This document shows positions 10,780 through 19,798 of a DNA stretch of 64,000 bases, in pieces. The notes under the pieces were generated by a model. That model was given only the letters and a program-made list of their open reading frames with translations, was not told the origin of the DNA and searched no databases. The DNA is from Candidatus Dormiibacterota bacterium. GTDB taxonomy: Bacteria; Chloroflexota; Dormibacteria; Aeolococcales; Bog-877. The DNA lies in assembly GCA_027306595.1 (NCBI GenBank), contig DAHUZI010000111.1, positions 25,783 to 89,782 of the forward strand, read 5' to 3'. The translations under genes and the position numbers were made by a program. Positions within the stretch are counted from its first letter, which is position 1; each line of letters begins with the position of its first letter.

Positions 10780-10864
10780 TGCCGGGCGCCGGGCGGCCGG
10801 GCCTCTGACGTCGTCGAGGGACCCCAGTGCCGTCGCGGGCCCTGGACTGAGAGGAGGGACGCGG

Positions 10865-12709
10865 TTGAAGCGCTCATGGCGGAACGTCGTAGGAGCAGCC
10901 CGGGCACCGTCACTGGTGGCCACCCTCGCCGCCAGTCTCGCCCTCGCCGGATGCGGGGCGCTGGCCCCCCGTGCCGCGGCCACCCCCCGCGGGACGGTGA
11001 CCTTCGCCCAGCAGCCGGGAAGCCCCCCGACCTACATCTTCCCCCTCTATGACGGGGCTGAGTCGGGCAACAACAACATCACCTACCTCCAGCCGCTCAT
11101 GTGGCGCCCGCTCTACTGGTTTGGCCACCCCAACAGCACCGCCCCGACCGTCGACTACGGGCTGAGCATGGCCAACCCCCCGACGTTCAGCAATGGCGGC
11201 CGCACCGTCAGCGTGACCCTGCGGCACTTCATGTGGTCCGACGGGCACCCAGTGACCACACGAGATGTCGAGTTCTTCGTAAACCTCCTGCTCGCGGACA
11301 AGGCGGAGTCCGTGGCGTACGCGCCGGGCGACTGGATGGACCATGTCGTCAGCGTCCGCTATCCATCCCCAACCCGCTTCGTCATGACGCTGAACCGAGT
11401 TTACGGTCCAGCCTATTTCCTCGGCAACATCCTCTCGGTGATCACGCCGATCCCGCAGCACGCCTGGGACAAGACGTCGACTAGCGGCTCCATCGGCAAT
11501 CGAGACCTCACCCCGTCCGGGGCGGTGGCCGTCTACAAGTACCTCGACACCCAGTCAAAGCTCCTCACCACATGGGACACCAACCCACTCTGGCAGGTGG
11601 TCGATGGTCCCTTCCGCCTCGAGGCCAAGGACGGATTCGATGCCAGCACGGGGCTGACCATCCTCGACGCCAACCGCAAGTACAGCGGACCCGATCGTCC
11701 ACACATCGCTCGGCTCGAGGAACTCCCCTTCACCAGCGAGGCGGCCGAGCTCGACTCCGTCCTCGCCGGCCGGGTTGACTACGGCTACCTTCCCTTCACC
11801 GATCTCACCCTCAAGTCACGCCTCCAGCGCACCTACCGCATCGACCCGTGGCTCTCATGGGGCTTCACCTCCATCGGGATCACGTTCGCGAATCGGACGT
11901 ACGGTCCCGTGCTGGCGCAACTCTACTTCCGCCAAGCCATGCAGCACCTCGTCAACGAGCCGCTCTTCATCAAGCAGATCTTCAAGGGGTACGCCGTCCC
12001 GGTCTACGGTCCCATCCCCCAGCAGCCCGCCAATCCCTATGTCGGCCGGTTCGTCAAGGCCGACCCGCTGCCGTACAACCCAGCCGCGGCTCGCCAGCTG
12101 TTGACCGCCCACGGGTGGCACGTGGTGCCAAGCGGCATCAGCAGCTGCGTCCGTCCGGGCAGCGGCCCAGGGGAGTGCGGCGCCGGAATCTCTCGTGGCC
12201 TGCACCTCCAGCTGCGCCTCCTCTACACCTCGGGAACCGTGGCCTACTCCCAGATGATGCAGGCCCTTCAGACCAGCTTCTCAGCCGCCGGAATCCAACT
12301 CAGTCTGCAGTCGGCGCCCTTCAACGAGGTGCTCACCCTCGCCTACAGCTGCCAGCCCACCACCGGGGTCGGCTGCAATATCCCGCTTGGGTTCCTGGCG
12401 TCCCCCAACTGGACCTATGTTCCGGTCTACTTCCCTGCCGACCCCGACCTGATCCAGTCCTCGACCCTCATCTACAAGGGAAACCCGCCCTTCATCGCCA
12501 ATATCCTCCACCTGATTCAGGTGGCGGACCAGACGGGTTCGCCGGCCGCCGTATACGCCTACGACCATTACATGGCCACCGAGCTCCCATGGCTCTCGCT
12601 GCCCAACGCGAACTATCAGATCTCCCTCATCAGCAAGCACCTCACCGGGATCAGCGCCCAAGACGCCACTGAGCACATCTATCCTCAGTACTGGAGCCTC
12701 AGCGGCTAA
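10865..12709 (+). CDS. ABC-transporter solute-binding lipoprotein, family 5 (peptide/nickel type), orphan
   Basis: TTG 10865 follows GAGAGGAGGGA. It has a signal peptide with lipobox LALAGC and an SBP_bac_5-like body. It is a paralog of 37451..39280. No permease or ATPase genes lie nearby. Confidence 0.85.
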   Translation: MKRSWRNVVGAARAPSLVATLAASLALAGCGALAPRAAATPRGTVTFAQQPGSPPTYIFPLYDGAESGNNNITYLQPLMWRPLYWFGHPNSTAPTVDYGLSMANPPTFSNGGRTVSVTLRHFMWSDGHPVTTRDVEFFVNLLLADKAESVAYAPGDWMDHVVSVRYPSPTRFVMTLNRVYGPAYFLGNILSVITPIPQHAWDKTSTSGSIGNRDLTPSGAVAVYKYLDTQSKLLTTWDTNPLWQVVDGPFRLEAKDGFDASTGLTILDANRKYSGPDRPHIARLEELPFTSEAAELDSVLAGRVDYGYLPFTDLTLKSRLQRTYRIDPWLSWGFTSIGITFANRTYGPVLAQLYFRQAMQHLVNEPLFIKQIFKGYAVPVYGPIPQQPANPYVGRFVKADPLPYNPAAARQLLTAHGWHVVPSGISSCVRPGSGPGECGAGISRGLHLQLRLLYTSGTVAYSQMMQALQTSFSAAGIQLSLQSAPFNEVLTLAYSCQPTTGVGCNIPLGFLASPNWTYVPVYFPADPDLIQSSTLIYKGNPPFIANILHLIQVADQTGSPAAVYAYDHYMATELPWLSLPNANYQISLISKHLTGISAQDATEHIYPQYWSLSG

Positions 12710-12802
12710 GATGCCCACGAGGTGGCGGCGGCCCGGGTCGCCGCCACCTCTCCCGCTGGCGCCCATCGGTGCCGCCGATTCGCTCAAGCGACAGGAGATG
12801 GC

Positions 12803-13621
12803 ATGCGAGTTCTGATCTCGGTCGACATGGAGGGGGTGAGCGGGGTCAGCTGCTGGAATGACGTCACTCCCGGCACCCCGGCCTACGAGCGTTTCCGCCG
12901 ACGCATGACCGCCGAGGCAAGCGCGGCGGTCGCCGGCGCCTTCGCCGGCGGCGCCACGAGCGTGGTAGTCAACGACGCCCACGACGGGATGCACAACCTT
13001 CTCTACGAGGAGCTCGACGGGAGGGCCGAGCTGATATCCGGGACGATCAAACCGCTGGACATGGTCGAGGGAGGCGCCGGAGCTGACGCCGCCTGCTTCA
13101 TCGGCTACCACGCCATGGCCGGCGCCGAGGCTGGGGTGCTCGCTCACACCATGACCGGATCGATCGGCGACTGGTTCCTCAACGGCGTCCCCGTTGGGGA
13201 GACGCAGATCAACGCCGCGCTGCTTGGCGAGCTAGGCGTGCCCGTCGTCTTGGTCAGCGGGGACAGCCAGCTCGCGGCCGAGGTGGAGGCCACCCTGCCA
13301 CAGGCGAGTCGGGTCATCGTCAAATGGGGCATCGACCAAGAGACCGCCCGGTCTCGTCCGCGGGACGAGGTCCTCACCGCGCTCACCACGGAGGTTGAGC
13401 TGGCCGTACGCCAAGCCGGAGCCGTGGCACCCGTACGGGTCACGAAGCCGGTGAACATCGCAATCGAGTTTGTCAATCCCACCGAGGCGGCCGCGGCGTG
13501 CCTCTGCCCTCAGATCCGGCGAACCGGCGGGCGTCGCGTCGAGCTCAGCGCGCCTGAGATGCGTGAGGCCTACCAGCTAGCCTGGGTGGCGTCGATCCTC
13601 GCTCACTCAACCCGGTCCTGA
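12803..13621 (+). CDS. M55-family D-aminopeptidase (DppA-type)
   Basis: MRVLISVDMEGVSGV..VVNDAHDGMHNLL..GYHAMAG is the Peptidase_M55 signature. ATG 12803 has CAGGAGA upstream. Confidence 0.85.
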   Translation: MRVLISVDMEGVSGVSCWNDVTPGTPAYERFRRRMTAEASAAVAGAFAGGATSVVVNDAHDGMHNLLYEELDGRAELISGTIKPLDMVEGGAGADAACFIGYHAMAGAEAGVLAHTMTGSIGDWFLNGVPVGETQINAALLGELGVPVVLVSGDSQLAAEVEATLPQASRVIVKWGIDQETARSRPRDEVLTALTTEVELAVRQAGAVAPVRVTKPVNIAIEFVNPTEAAAACLCPQIRRTGGRRVELSAPEMREAYQLAWVASILAHSTRS

Positions 13622-14039
13622 TCTGCCCTAACCCTCGCCGCAGCCCCTTACGTTGGTCCCGGTCGATCGCCGATCAGGTACCCGGCTTCCCCACGTCGGC
13701 CCGGCGCGGGCTGGATCCCCGCCCGCCGACGCGCGCATCGGCGCCTGCCATGTCCAGCGTGAGGTCCGTCCCTTTAGCTGCACGGAATAACCCTCAGGAC
13801 CCGCACTCGGTTCGATGCCAACCGGAACTGAGCCTTCGCCGCCACCAACGGCGAAGTGGCACTCCCCCCTCCCCGGCATTCACCCGTGCCGACGATTCAC
13901 AATCCCACCCTTGAGGTGTCAACCTCACGCCCAATCCCGTCGACGCCTGCAGCATGCACCTAGACGGGACCAACCGCCCCCTTCAGAGTCGCTCGTCCGG
14001 CGGCCCGCGACTTACCCCAGCCGCACGGCCAGCGCGGAG

Positions 14040-14083
14040 GAGCTCCTAGGCGCCGCCCGACACCGGCCGGCCCCTAGGAGCTC
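14040..14083 (-). terminator. stem-loop at the 3' end of the long minus-strand operon (terminator candidate without a U-tract)
   Basis: GAGCTCCTAGG (14040-14050) pairs with CCTAGGAGCTC (14073-14083), giving an 11-bp perfect stem and a 22-nt GC-rich loop. The TAG stop of the acyl-CoA synthetase gene (14074-14076) lies in one arm. Confidence 0.35.
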
Positions 14084-16236
14084 GTCCGCGGGGGCGGAAG
14101 CACTCCAGCTCCTCTCGCCCATCGGTACTTTGCCCCCAGCATCGCCACGGGCGTCTCGGTTGTGTACGGAAACGCCGGTATGCCGTGCTCGAAGCAAAGA
14201 TCTGACGCCTTCTCGACCTCCACATCCCCGGCCAGGGACACTACCACGGGCTTGTCAATGCCGCGGCTCCGGGCCCTCTCCACGGCATCGACGAGCAACT
14301 CGGCAAACACCATCGGCGGCGTAATGATGGTGTGCCAATATCCGATCACCACCGCGTGAATGCGATCATCGGCAAGCCCGAGCTCAATCGCCCGCCGGTA
14401 GGTCTCAGGTGGCTCGCCCCCCGTGATATCGATCGGGTTCCCAGCGGCGCCGAACGGAGGGATCAACGCCCGGAAGCTCCGGTCCAGGTCCTCGGGGAGC
14501 TCCATCAGCTTGAGCCCATTGTCAACGCATGCGTCGGACAACAGCACCCCCGAGCCGCCCGCTCCCGTGATGATGATCACATTCTCACCGGCCGGAGCTG
14601 GCATCATCGGCAGGCACCTTGCGATGTCCAGCATCTCGCGCAGGCCCGATGCCCGCACAACCCCGCTAGCCCGAAGTAAGTCGTCGTATACGCGGTCGTC
14701 CCCTGCCAGGGCCCCCGTGTGGGACCCGGCCGCGCGCGCCCCGGCCGCAGTACGGCCTGCCTTCAGAACCACGATGGGCTTCGACCGCGACACGCGTGCG
14801 GCAGCGTCGAGAAATGCCCGGCCGTCCTTCAGGTCCTCCATGTGCATCGCGATGCAGCGCGTCGCCTCGTCCTCTTCGAAGAATGCCAAGAGGTCGTCCT
14901 CGTCGACGTCGGCCTTGTTGCCAAGGCCAACAATCGCCGACACCCCCATTCCCGTGGATCGCGCAAATCCAAGGATCGCCATCCCGATCCCGCCAGACTG
15001 GGACGTGAGCGCTACCGGCCCGCGCACGTCGTAGGGGGTGCAGAACGTCGCGCACAGACGCTCCGGCGTGTAGTACAGGCCGTAGATATTCGGACCCAGA
15101 AAGCGCACGCCATGCCGCTCCGCGACGGCCTGGACTTCAGCCTGAAGTCCGCCTTCTCCGACTTCGGCGAACCCAGATGGGATCAAGACTGCTGCCCCGA
15201 CGCCCTTACGACCCACCTCCTCCATCACCCCGGGCACCAGTCTGGCCGGGATGGCGAACACCGCCACGTCGATCGGACCTCGGACGTCACCAACGCTTCG
15301 ATACGCCGGAAGTCCAAGGACCTCTGCGGCCGACGGGTGAATCGGGTAGATGTCACCCTGATATCCACCCGCAATCAGGTTGCGAAGCACCGAGTTGCCG
15401 ATCTTCCCAGGCTCCGCGGACGCTCCGATGACAGCGATCGAGCGCGGGTGGAACAGCCGGCGCATGTCACGCAGTATCGAGTCAGGATCATGCCGCCTGG
15501 GAGGAGATGCCTGGCCCGCTCCAAGCAAGATACGCACATCCGCAGCCGCCGCGCCCTCGGAGGTCGCAATCACTGGGTTGCAGTCTATGGCATCTATTGC
15601 CGGAAAGTCCGCCGCTAGCTGAGAAACGGCGGCAACGAGCGAAGCAAGCGCTTGTGTCGACACGCCCCGAGCTCCGCGCACCCCTTCCAGAACCCGATGC
15701 GCGCGGATCGACTTCATCATCTCGCACGCGGTTTCGGTGTCCACCGGAGCCAACCGGAACGTGGCATCACCCAGCACCTCCACCAGCACCCCGCCCATTC
15801 CGAAGGCAACGAGCGTGCCGAACGTCTTGTCGGTCGTGGTGCCGACGATGACCTCAACCCCACCCGGGAGCATTTGCTGAACTAGGACTCCGTCGATGCG
15901 AGCGTGAGGATGGTGAACCTGAGCGGAGGCGATGATCCCCGCGTGCGCATCGCGAACCTGGGACTCCGAGCCAAGACCCGTCCGTACGCCGCCAACATCG
16001 GTCTTGTGCAGAATGTCCGGAGAGACCACCTTCAGCGCCACGGGGAAGCCCATTCGGGCCGCAGCCATAGCCGCCTCGCTCGCGTCAGCCACCAGCTCTT
16101 GACCGGGCACTGGCACCCCATATGCCACGCACGCCGCGCGGACTTCGTCCGGACCTAGCGTGGTGCGCCCGTCGGCGATCACTCGGGCCAGAATCCTCTC
16201 GACCGCTCTGCGGTCGACCGCTGTCGCGATAGCCAT
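14074..16236 (-). CDS. ADP-forming acyl-CoA synthetase (ACD/NDP-forming family), fused with the ATP-grasp part before the CoA-binding/ligase part
   Basis: The N-terminus VALKVVSPDILHKTDVGGV matches ATP-grasp_5. It is followed by PRSIAVIGAS..GKIGNSVLRNL (CoA_binding_2), SQSGGIGMAI and GSHTGALAG. GGAGGA lies 7 nt before ATG 16236; the track start is GTG 16239. Confidence 0.85.
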   Translation of the reverse strand: MAIATAVDRRAVERILARVIADGRTTLGPDEVRAACVAYGVPVPGQELVADASEAAMAAARMGFPVALKVVSPDILHKTDVGGVRTGLGSESQVRDAHAGIIASAQVHHPHARIDGVLVQQMLPGGVEVIVGTTTDKTFGTLVAFGMGGVLVEVLGDATFRLAPVDTETACEMMKSIRAHRVLEGVRGARGVSTQALASLVAAVSQLAADFPAIDAIDCNPVIATSEGAAAADVRILLGAGQASPPRRHDPDSILRDMRRLFHPRSIAVIGASAEPGKIGNSVLRNLIAGGYQGDIYPIHPSAAEVLGLPAYRSVGDVRGPIDVAVFAIPARLVPGVMEEVGRKGVGAAVLIPSGFAEVGEGGLQAEVQAVAERHGVRFLGPNIYGLYYTPERLCATFCTPYDVRGPVALTSQSGGIGMAILGFARSTGMGVSAIVGLGNKADVDEDDLLAFFEEDEATRCIAMHMEDLKDGRAFLDAAARVSRSKPIVVLKAGRTAAGARAAGSHTGALAGDDRVYDDLLRASGVVRASGLREMLDIARCLPMMPAPAGENVIIITGAGGSGVLLSDACVDNGLKLMELPEDLDRSFRALIPPFGAAGNPIDITGGEPPETYRRAIELGLADDRIHAVVIGYWHTIITPPMVFAELLVDAVERARSRGIDKPVVVSLAGDVEVEKASDLCFEHGIPAFPYTTETPVAMLGAKYRWARGAGVLPPPRTSS

Positions 16237-16280
16237 CACTGCATCCTCCGCATCAGGGCGGGTCCAATCGGCGCACCCAG

Positions 16281-17513
16281 TCAGATTGCACCGATATCCC
16301 GTAGTCGCGCCACCTCTTCGGAATCACACCCGAGCAGCTCCTCCAGAACCTCGGTCGTGTGCTCCCCCAGAAGCGGTGCGCGCCCAACCTCCACGGCGGA
16401 ATCCGACAGGCGGAGTGGTGAGCCGACTGTCAGGTAGGGCCCACGCACCGGATGGTCCACCTCCACGATCATCCCACTCGCCCGAAGCGACTCATCATCC
16501 ACGAGATCCTTGGTGTCAAAGATCGGCCCGCAGGGGACGCCGATCGCATTCAGCTCCTCATACGCCTGCCACTTCGTTCGTCGCAGGGTCCATTCCTCGA
16601 CTATTGCAAAGACCTGGGTGAGGCGAGGGAGCCTGGCCTCAGGCGTGTCATAGTCCCCGTTTCCGATCAGATCGGTTCGGCCAATCAGTTGGAGCAGCGG
16701 CTGCCACACCTGCGGCTGAATGATGACATAGATGTAGTCATTGGGGCCTCCCGGCTTGCAGCGCACCGCCCAACCGGGCTGCCCACCTCCCGAAGCGTTC
16801 CCTGAGCGCGGAACAGCTGGTCCGAAGTGTCGATTCGGGTATTCCGTAAGTGGACCTCGAGCGAGTCGTTGGTGGTCGCGCAGCTTCACTCTGCATAGGT
16901 TCAGCACTGCGTGCTGCATCGCCACCTCAACCCGCTGGCCACGGCCCGTCCGTGCGCGCTGAAGGAGCGCCGCGAGGATCGCAGCCGCCATGTGTACAGC
17001 TGTTCCCGAGTCGCCAATCTGCGCCCCGGTTGATGTTGGGGGACCGTCCTCAAAACCGGTCGTACTCATGGCGCCACCAGCTGCCTGGGTGATCGTCTCA
17101 TAGGCCTTCGCATGCTCGAATGCTCCCGGCCCGAACCCCTTGATCGACGCGTACACAAGCCGAGGATTCAACTCCTGAATCCGCTGCCACGTCAGCCCCT
17201 GTCGGTCCAGTGCCCCTGGCCCAAAGTTCTCCACGAGGACATCAGCCTGCTGCAGAAGCCTTTCCAGAAGAGAACGCCCTTCGGGGTGCTTGATGTTGAC
17301 GGTACAGCTTCGCTTGTTTCCGTTCAGCATCGTGAAATAGAGACTGTCGGTGTCAGGAAGGTCCCGAAGCTGGGCGCGGGTGACGTCCCCTCGTCCAGGC
17401 GGCTCGATTTTCACCACATCGGCCCCCAGCCAGGCCAACAACTGGGTGCACACCGGCCCAGCCTGGACATGGGTCATGTCCACGACTCGTATACCCTCTA
17501 GAGCTGCGCTCAT
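16281..17513 (-). CDS. frc: formyl-CoA:oxalate CoA-transferase (family III CoA-transferase)
   Basis: Long blocks match my recollection of Oxalobacter Frc. They are THVQAGP, DSLYFTMLNGNKRS, VENFGPGALDR, IQELNPR, TGRGQRVEVAMQHAVLNLCRVKLRDHQRL, GGGQPGW and APLLGEHTTEVLEEL. Confidence 0.85.
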   Translation of the reverse strand: MSAALEGIRVVDMTHVQAGPVCTQLLAWLGADVVKIEPPGRGDVTRAQLRDLPDTDSLYFTMLNGNKRSCTVNIKHPEGRSLLERLLQQADVLVENFGPGALDRQGLTWQRIQELNPRLVYASIKGFGPGAFEHAKAYETITQAAGGAMSTTGFEDGPPTSTGAQIGDSGTAVHMAAAILAALLQRARTGRGQRVEVAMQHAVLNLCRVKLRDHQRLARGPLTEYPNRHFGPAVPRSGNASGGGQPGWAVRCKPGGPNDYIYVIIQPQVWQPLLQLIGRTDLIGNGDYDTPEARLPRLTQVFAIVEEWTLRRTKWQAYEELNAIGVPCGPIFDTKDLVDDESLRASGMIVEVDHPVRGPYLTVGSPLRLSDSAVEVGRAPLLGEHTTEVLEELLGCDSEEVARLRDIGAI

Positions 17514-17553
17514 TTGGACACCACGTGACTTCCTCGTGCGGCTTCGGCGCCCG

Positions 17554-19263
17554 CTACTTGTACATGGTCTGGTTCATCGTCCCCGGAGCAAACGCGTCGC
17601 GGTCTACCCAGACATTGATCAGCGCTGGTCGCCCCGACTCCCTAGCGCGCTGAAGCGCCGGGCGGATATCGGCCGGTTCACGGACTTCCTCCCCGTAGCC
17701 CCCCAACATCGTCGCAAACCGGTCGTAAGGAACGTCCCCCAGGGTGTTCCCAACCTCGCCCCGCTCTGCGCCGTACTTCTGGATCTGACCATACCGGATC
17801 TGGTTCATCGACGAGTTGTTCCCGATCACCCCGATGAAAGGCAGACTGAACCTGACCATCGTCTCGAAGTCCCAACCCGTGAGACTGAAGGCCCCGTCTC
17901 CGAAGAGCACCACGACCTCCTTCTCGGGACGAGCCGCTTTCGCAGCCATCGCGAAGGGAACGCCAACGCCCAGTGTTCCGAGTGGTCCCGGATCCATCCA
18001 ATGACCCGGGGCCTGCGGCTGGACCACCCCGCCGGCGAACGTTACGACATCCCCTCCGTCACCGATGAAGATGGTGTCGGGGGTGAGAAACTGATTGAGT
18101 TCGTGAGCAAGCCTGAGCGGGTGGATGGGCTGCGAGTCAGACAGCAGCCGGGGAAGCCGCGACTCCTCCATACGCTCCTCCTCTGCCCTCAGGCTGGCCA
18201 CCCAGCTCGCTCGCCGATCCGATGCCGTCTCTCGGCCCGACCCAGCCGCAGCGAGTACGGCGTCGAGGATGACCCCGGCGTCGCCGACAAGCCCAAGCTC
18301 GATATCGCGGTTGCGCCCTACGGTTCGGTAGTCCAGGTCGATCTGAACGACCTTCGCCGAGGCGGGCAGGCGCCGCCCGTAGCCCATCCGGAAGTCGAAT
18401 GGCGTGCCTACGATCACGATCAAGTCAGCCCGGTCAAACGCGTACCGACGGGTCTGATGAAAGTGATGCGGGTCGCCGGGCGCCAGCGACCCCCGGCCAG
18501 CTCCGTTCATGTAGGCGGGAATGTTCAGCTTGCTGCAAAGCCTTCGCGCGGGCTCCGCGGCCCTGCAGGTCCACACCTGGCTTCCCAACAGCATGCATGG
18601 CCGCTCAGAGTGCACGAGCAGTTCCGCAAGCCTCTCGACTCCTGCTGGGTCACCAGCTTGGCGCGTGGACGCGCGATAGTGGCCCGCCTTCGGCCGCACG
18701 GCCTGGCTCACCGCCACACGTCGGTCGAGCACATCCCGCGGGATCTCGAGATAGGATGGACCAGGCGCGCCGTGGTAGCACTCGCGAAATGCCATCGATA
18801 CCATGTCGGCCACTCGCTCGGTCGTGGGGACGGTGGCCGCGAACTTGGTGATGGGCTGGAGCAGATCCACATGCGGCAGGTCCTGAAGCGAGCCCATGCG
18901 ATGCTGACTGAGGGAGCCCTGCCCACCGATGAGGAGCATCGGACTCTCGGCACGGAGTGCATTCGCGACCCCTGTCACGGCGTCCGTGGTCCCGGGTCCA
19001 GCCGTCACGACAGCGCAGCCTGCCGTCCCTGTGACCCTAGCGTACCCGTCGGCTGCGTGCGCGGCAACTTGCTCGTGGCGCACATCCATCACGCGAATGC
19101 CGACGTCCACGCAGCCGTCGTAGATGTCAATGATGTGGCCGCCACAGAGGGTGAAGATCGTGTCGATTCCCTCGGCCTTGAGCGCGCTGGCCACCAAGTG
19201 CCCGCCGCTGATCGTGTCAGATTCCTTCGCGCTTTCAGTCTCTGCATTCGCGCCCACTGTCAT
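17554..19263 (-). CDS. ThDP-dependent enzyme of the acetolactate-synthase/oxalyl-CoA-decarboxylase family; oxalyl-CoA decarboxylase candidate by synteny with frc
   Basis: VRHEQVAAHAADGYARVTG, TAGPGTTDAV and the ThDP motif GDGAF..NN (VVLFGDGAFSLTGWDFETMVRFSLPFIGVIGNNSS) are present. The likely start is ATG 19263 (MTVGANAE..). The gene lies 40 nt upstream of frc. Confidence 0.7.
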   Translation of the reverse strand: MTVGANAETESAKESDTISGGHLVASALKAEGIDTIFTLCGGHIIDIYDGCVDVGIRVMDVRHEQVAAHAADGYARVTGTAGCAVVTAGPGTTDAVTGVANALRAESPMLLIGGQGSLSQHRMGSLQDLPHVDLLQPITKFAATVPTTERVADMVSMAFRECYHGAPGPSYLEIPRDVLDRRVAVSQAVRPKAGHYRASTRQAGDPAGVERLAELLVHSERPCMLLGSQVWTCRAAEPARRLCSKLNIPAYMNGAGRGSLAPGDPHHFHQTRRYAFDRADLIVIVGTPFDFRMGYGRRLPASAKVVQIDLDYRTVGRNRDIELGLVGDAGVILDAVLAAAGSGRETASDRRASWVASLRAEEERMEESRLPRLLSDSQPIHPLRLAHELNQFLTPDTIFIGDGGDVVTFAGGVVQPQAPGHWMDPGPLGTLGVGVPFAMAAKAARPEKEVVVLFGDGAFSLTGWDFETMVRFSLPFIGVIGNNSSMNQIRYGQIQKYGAERGEVGNTLGDVPYDRFATMLGGYGEEVREPADIRPALQRARESGRPALINVWVDRDAFAPGTMNQTMYK

Positions 19264-19798
19264 CCCCCAATAATCCGAGCTCGCCCGTAGGTGCCACACC
19301 GCATTCAAGGAGGGCGCCGATCGCCCCAAGGATTTGGGGGTACGAGCCGCAGCGACAAAGGTTGCCTGAGAGCTCGGAGGCAACTTGGGGCACCGTTCTG
19401 CACCCTCGGTCAGTCAGAGCCGCCTGTACAGCAAGCGTCATAGCCGGGATACAGAAGCCGCACTGAAAGGCCCCGTACTCCAGAAAGGCGCGCTGGACGG
19501 CGCCAAGCCCCCCGTTCCGATCGACGAGCCCCTCTGCCGTAGTCACTGTCGCCCCCCTCAGCTGGACGGTCAGGACCAGACAGGAGCCAACCGCCTTGCC
19601 GTCGACGAGTACAGTGCATGTCCCGCAGATGCCCAGTCCGCAGGTCTCGCGGACGCTCGTTAGACCCAGCCGCCAACGCAGGCTCTGAGCCAGAGTCTCA
19701 TCGATTGGCGCTCTCAGCTCGACATTCTGACCATTCAATCGGAGCGGGGTCACCGTCCACCCAATCCCGGCATCCTGTCCCGGAAACAATCCGCTCAT
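19235..19798 (-). CDS. molybdenum hydroxylase small subunit, 2x[2Fe-2S] (CoxS/XdhC-iron-sulfur type)
   Basis: CGLGICGTCTV and FQCGFCIPAM..CRCGSY cysteine clusters are present. The ATG overlaps the large-subunit stop (ATGA at 19795-19798). Confidence 0.9.
   Translation of the reverse strand: MSGLFPGQDAGIGWTVTPLRLNGQNVELRAPIDETLAQSLRWRLGLTSVRETCGLGICGTCTVLVDGKAVGSCLVLTVQLRGATVTTAEGLVDRNGGLGAVQRAFLEYGAFQCGFCIPAMTLAVQAALTDRGCRTVPQVASELSGNLCRCGSYPQILGAIGALLECGVAPTGELGLLGDDSGRECRD

Noticed and set aside
17350-19290. Very long antisense or alternative-frame ORFs across the window. Examples are 17350..19290 (+), 5687..6967 (-), 1464..2735 (-), 8574..9614 (+), 37514..38962 (+), 38421..39902 (-), 40356..42119 (-), 44550..46085 (-), 60402..62450 (+), 61777..63867 (+) and the 5' part of 52777..55515 (+).
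   Set aside because: Each lies opposite or out of frame to a gene with clear family motifs. Their translations are Arg/Pro/Gly/Ala-dominated with scattered Cys/Trp/His, the usual shadow-ORF signature of high-GC DNA in which stop codons are rare.
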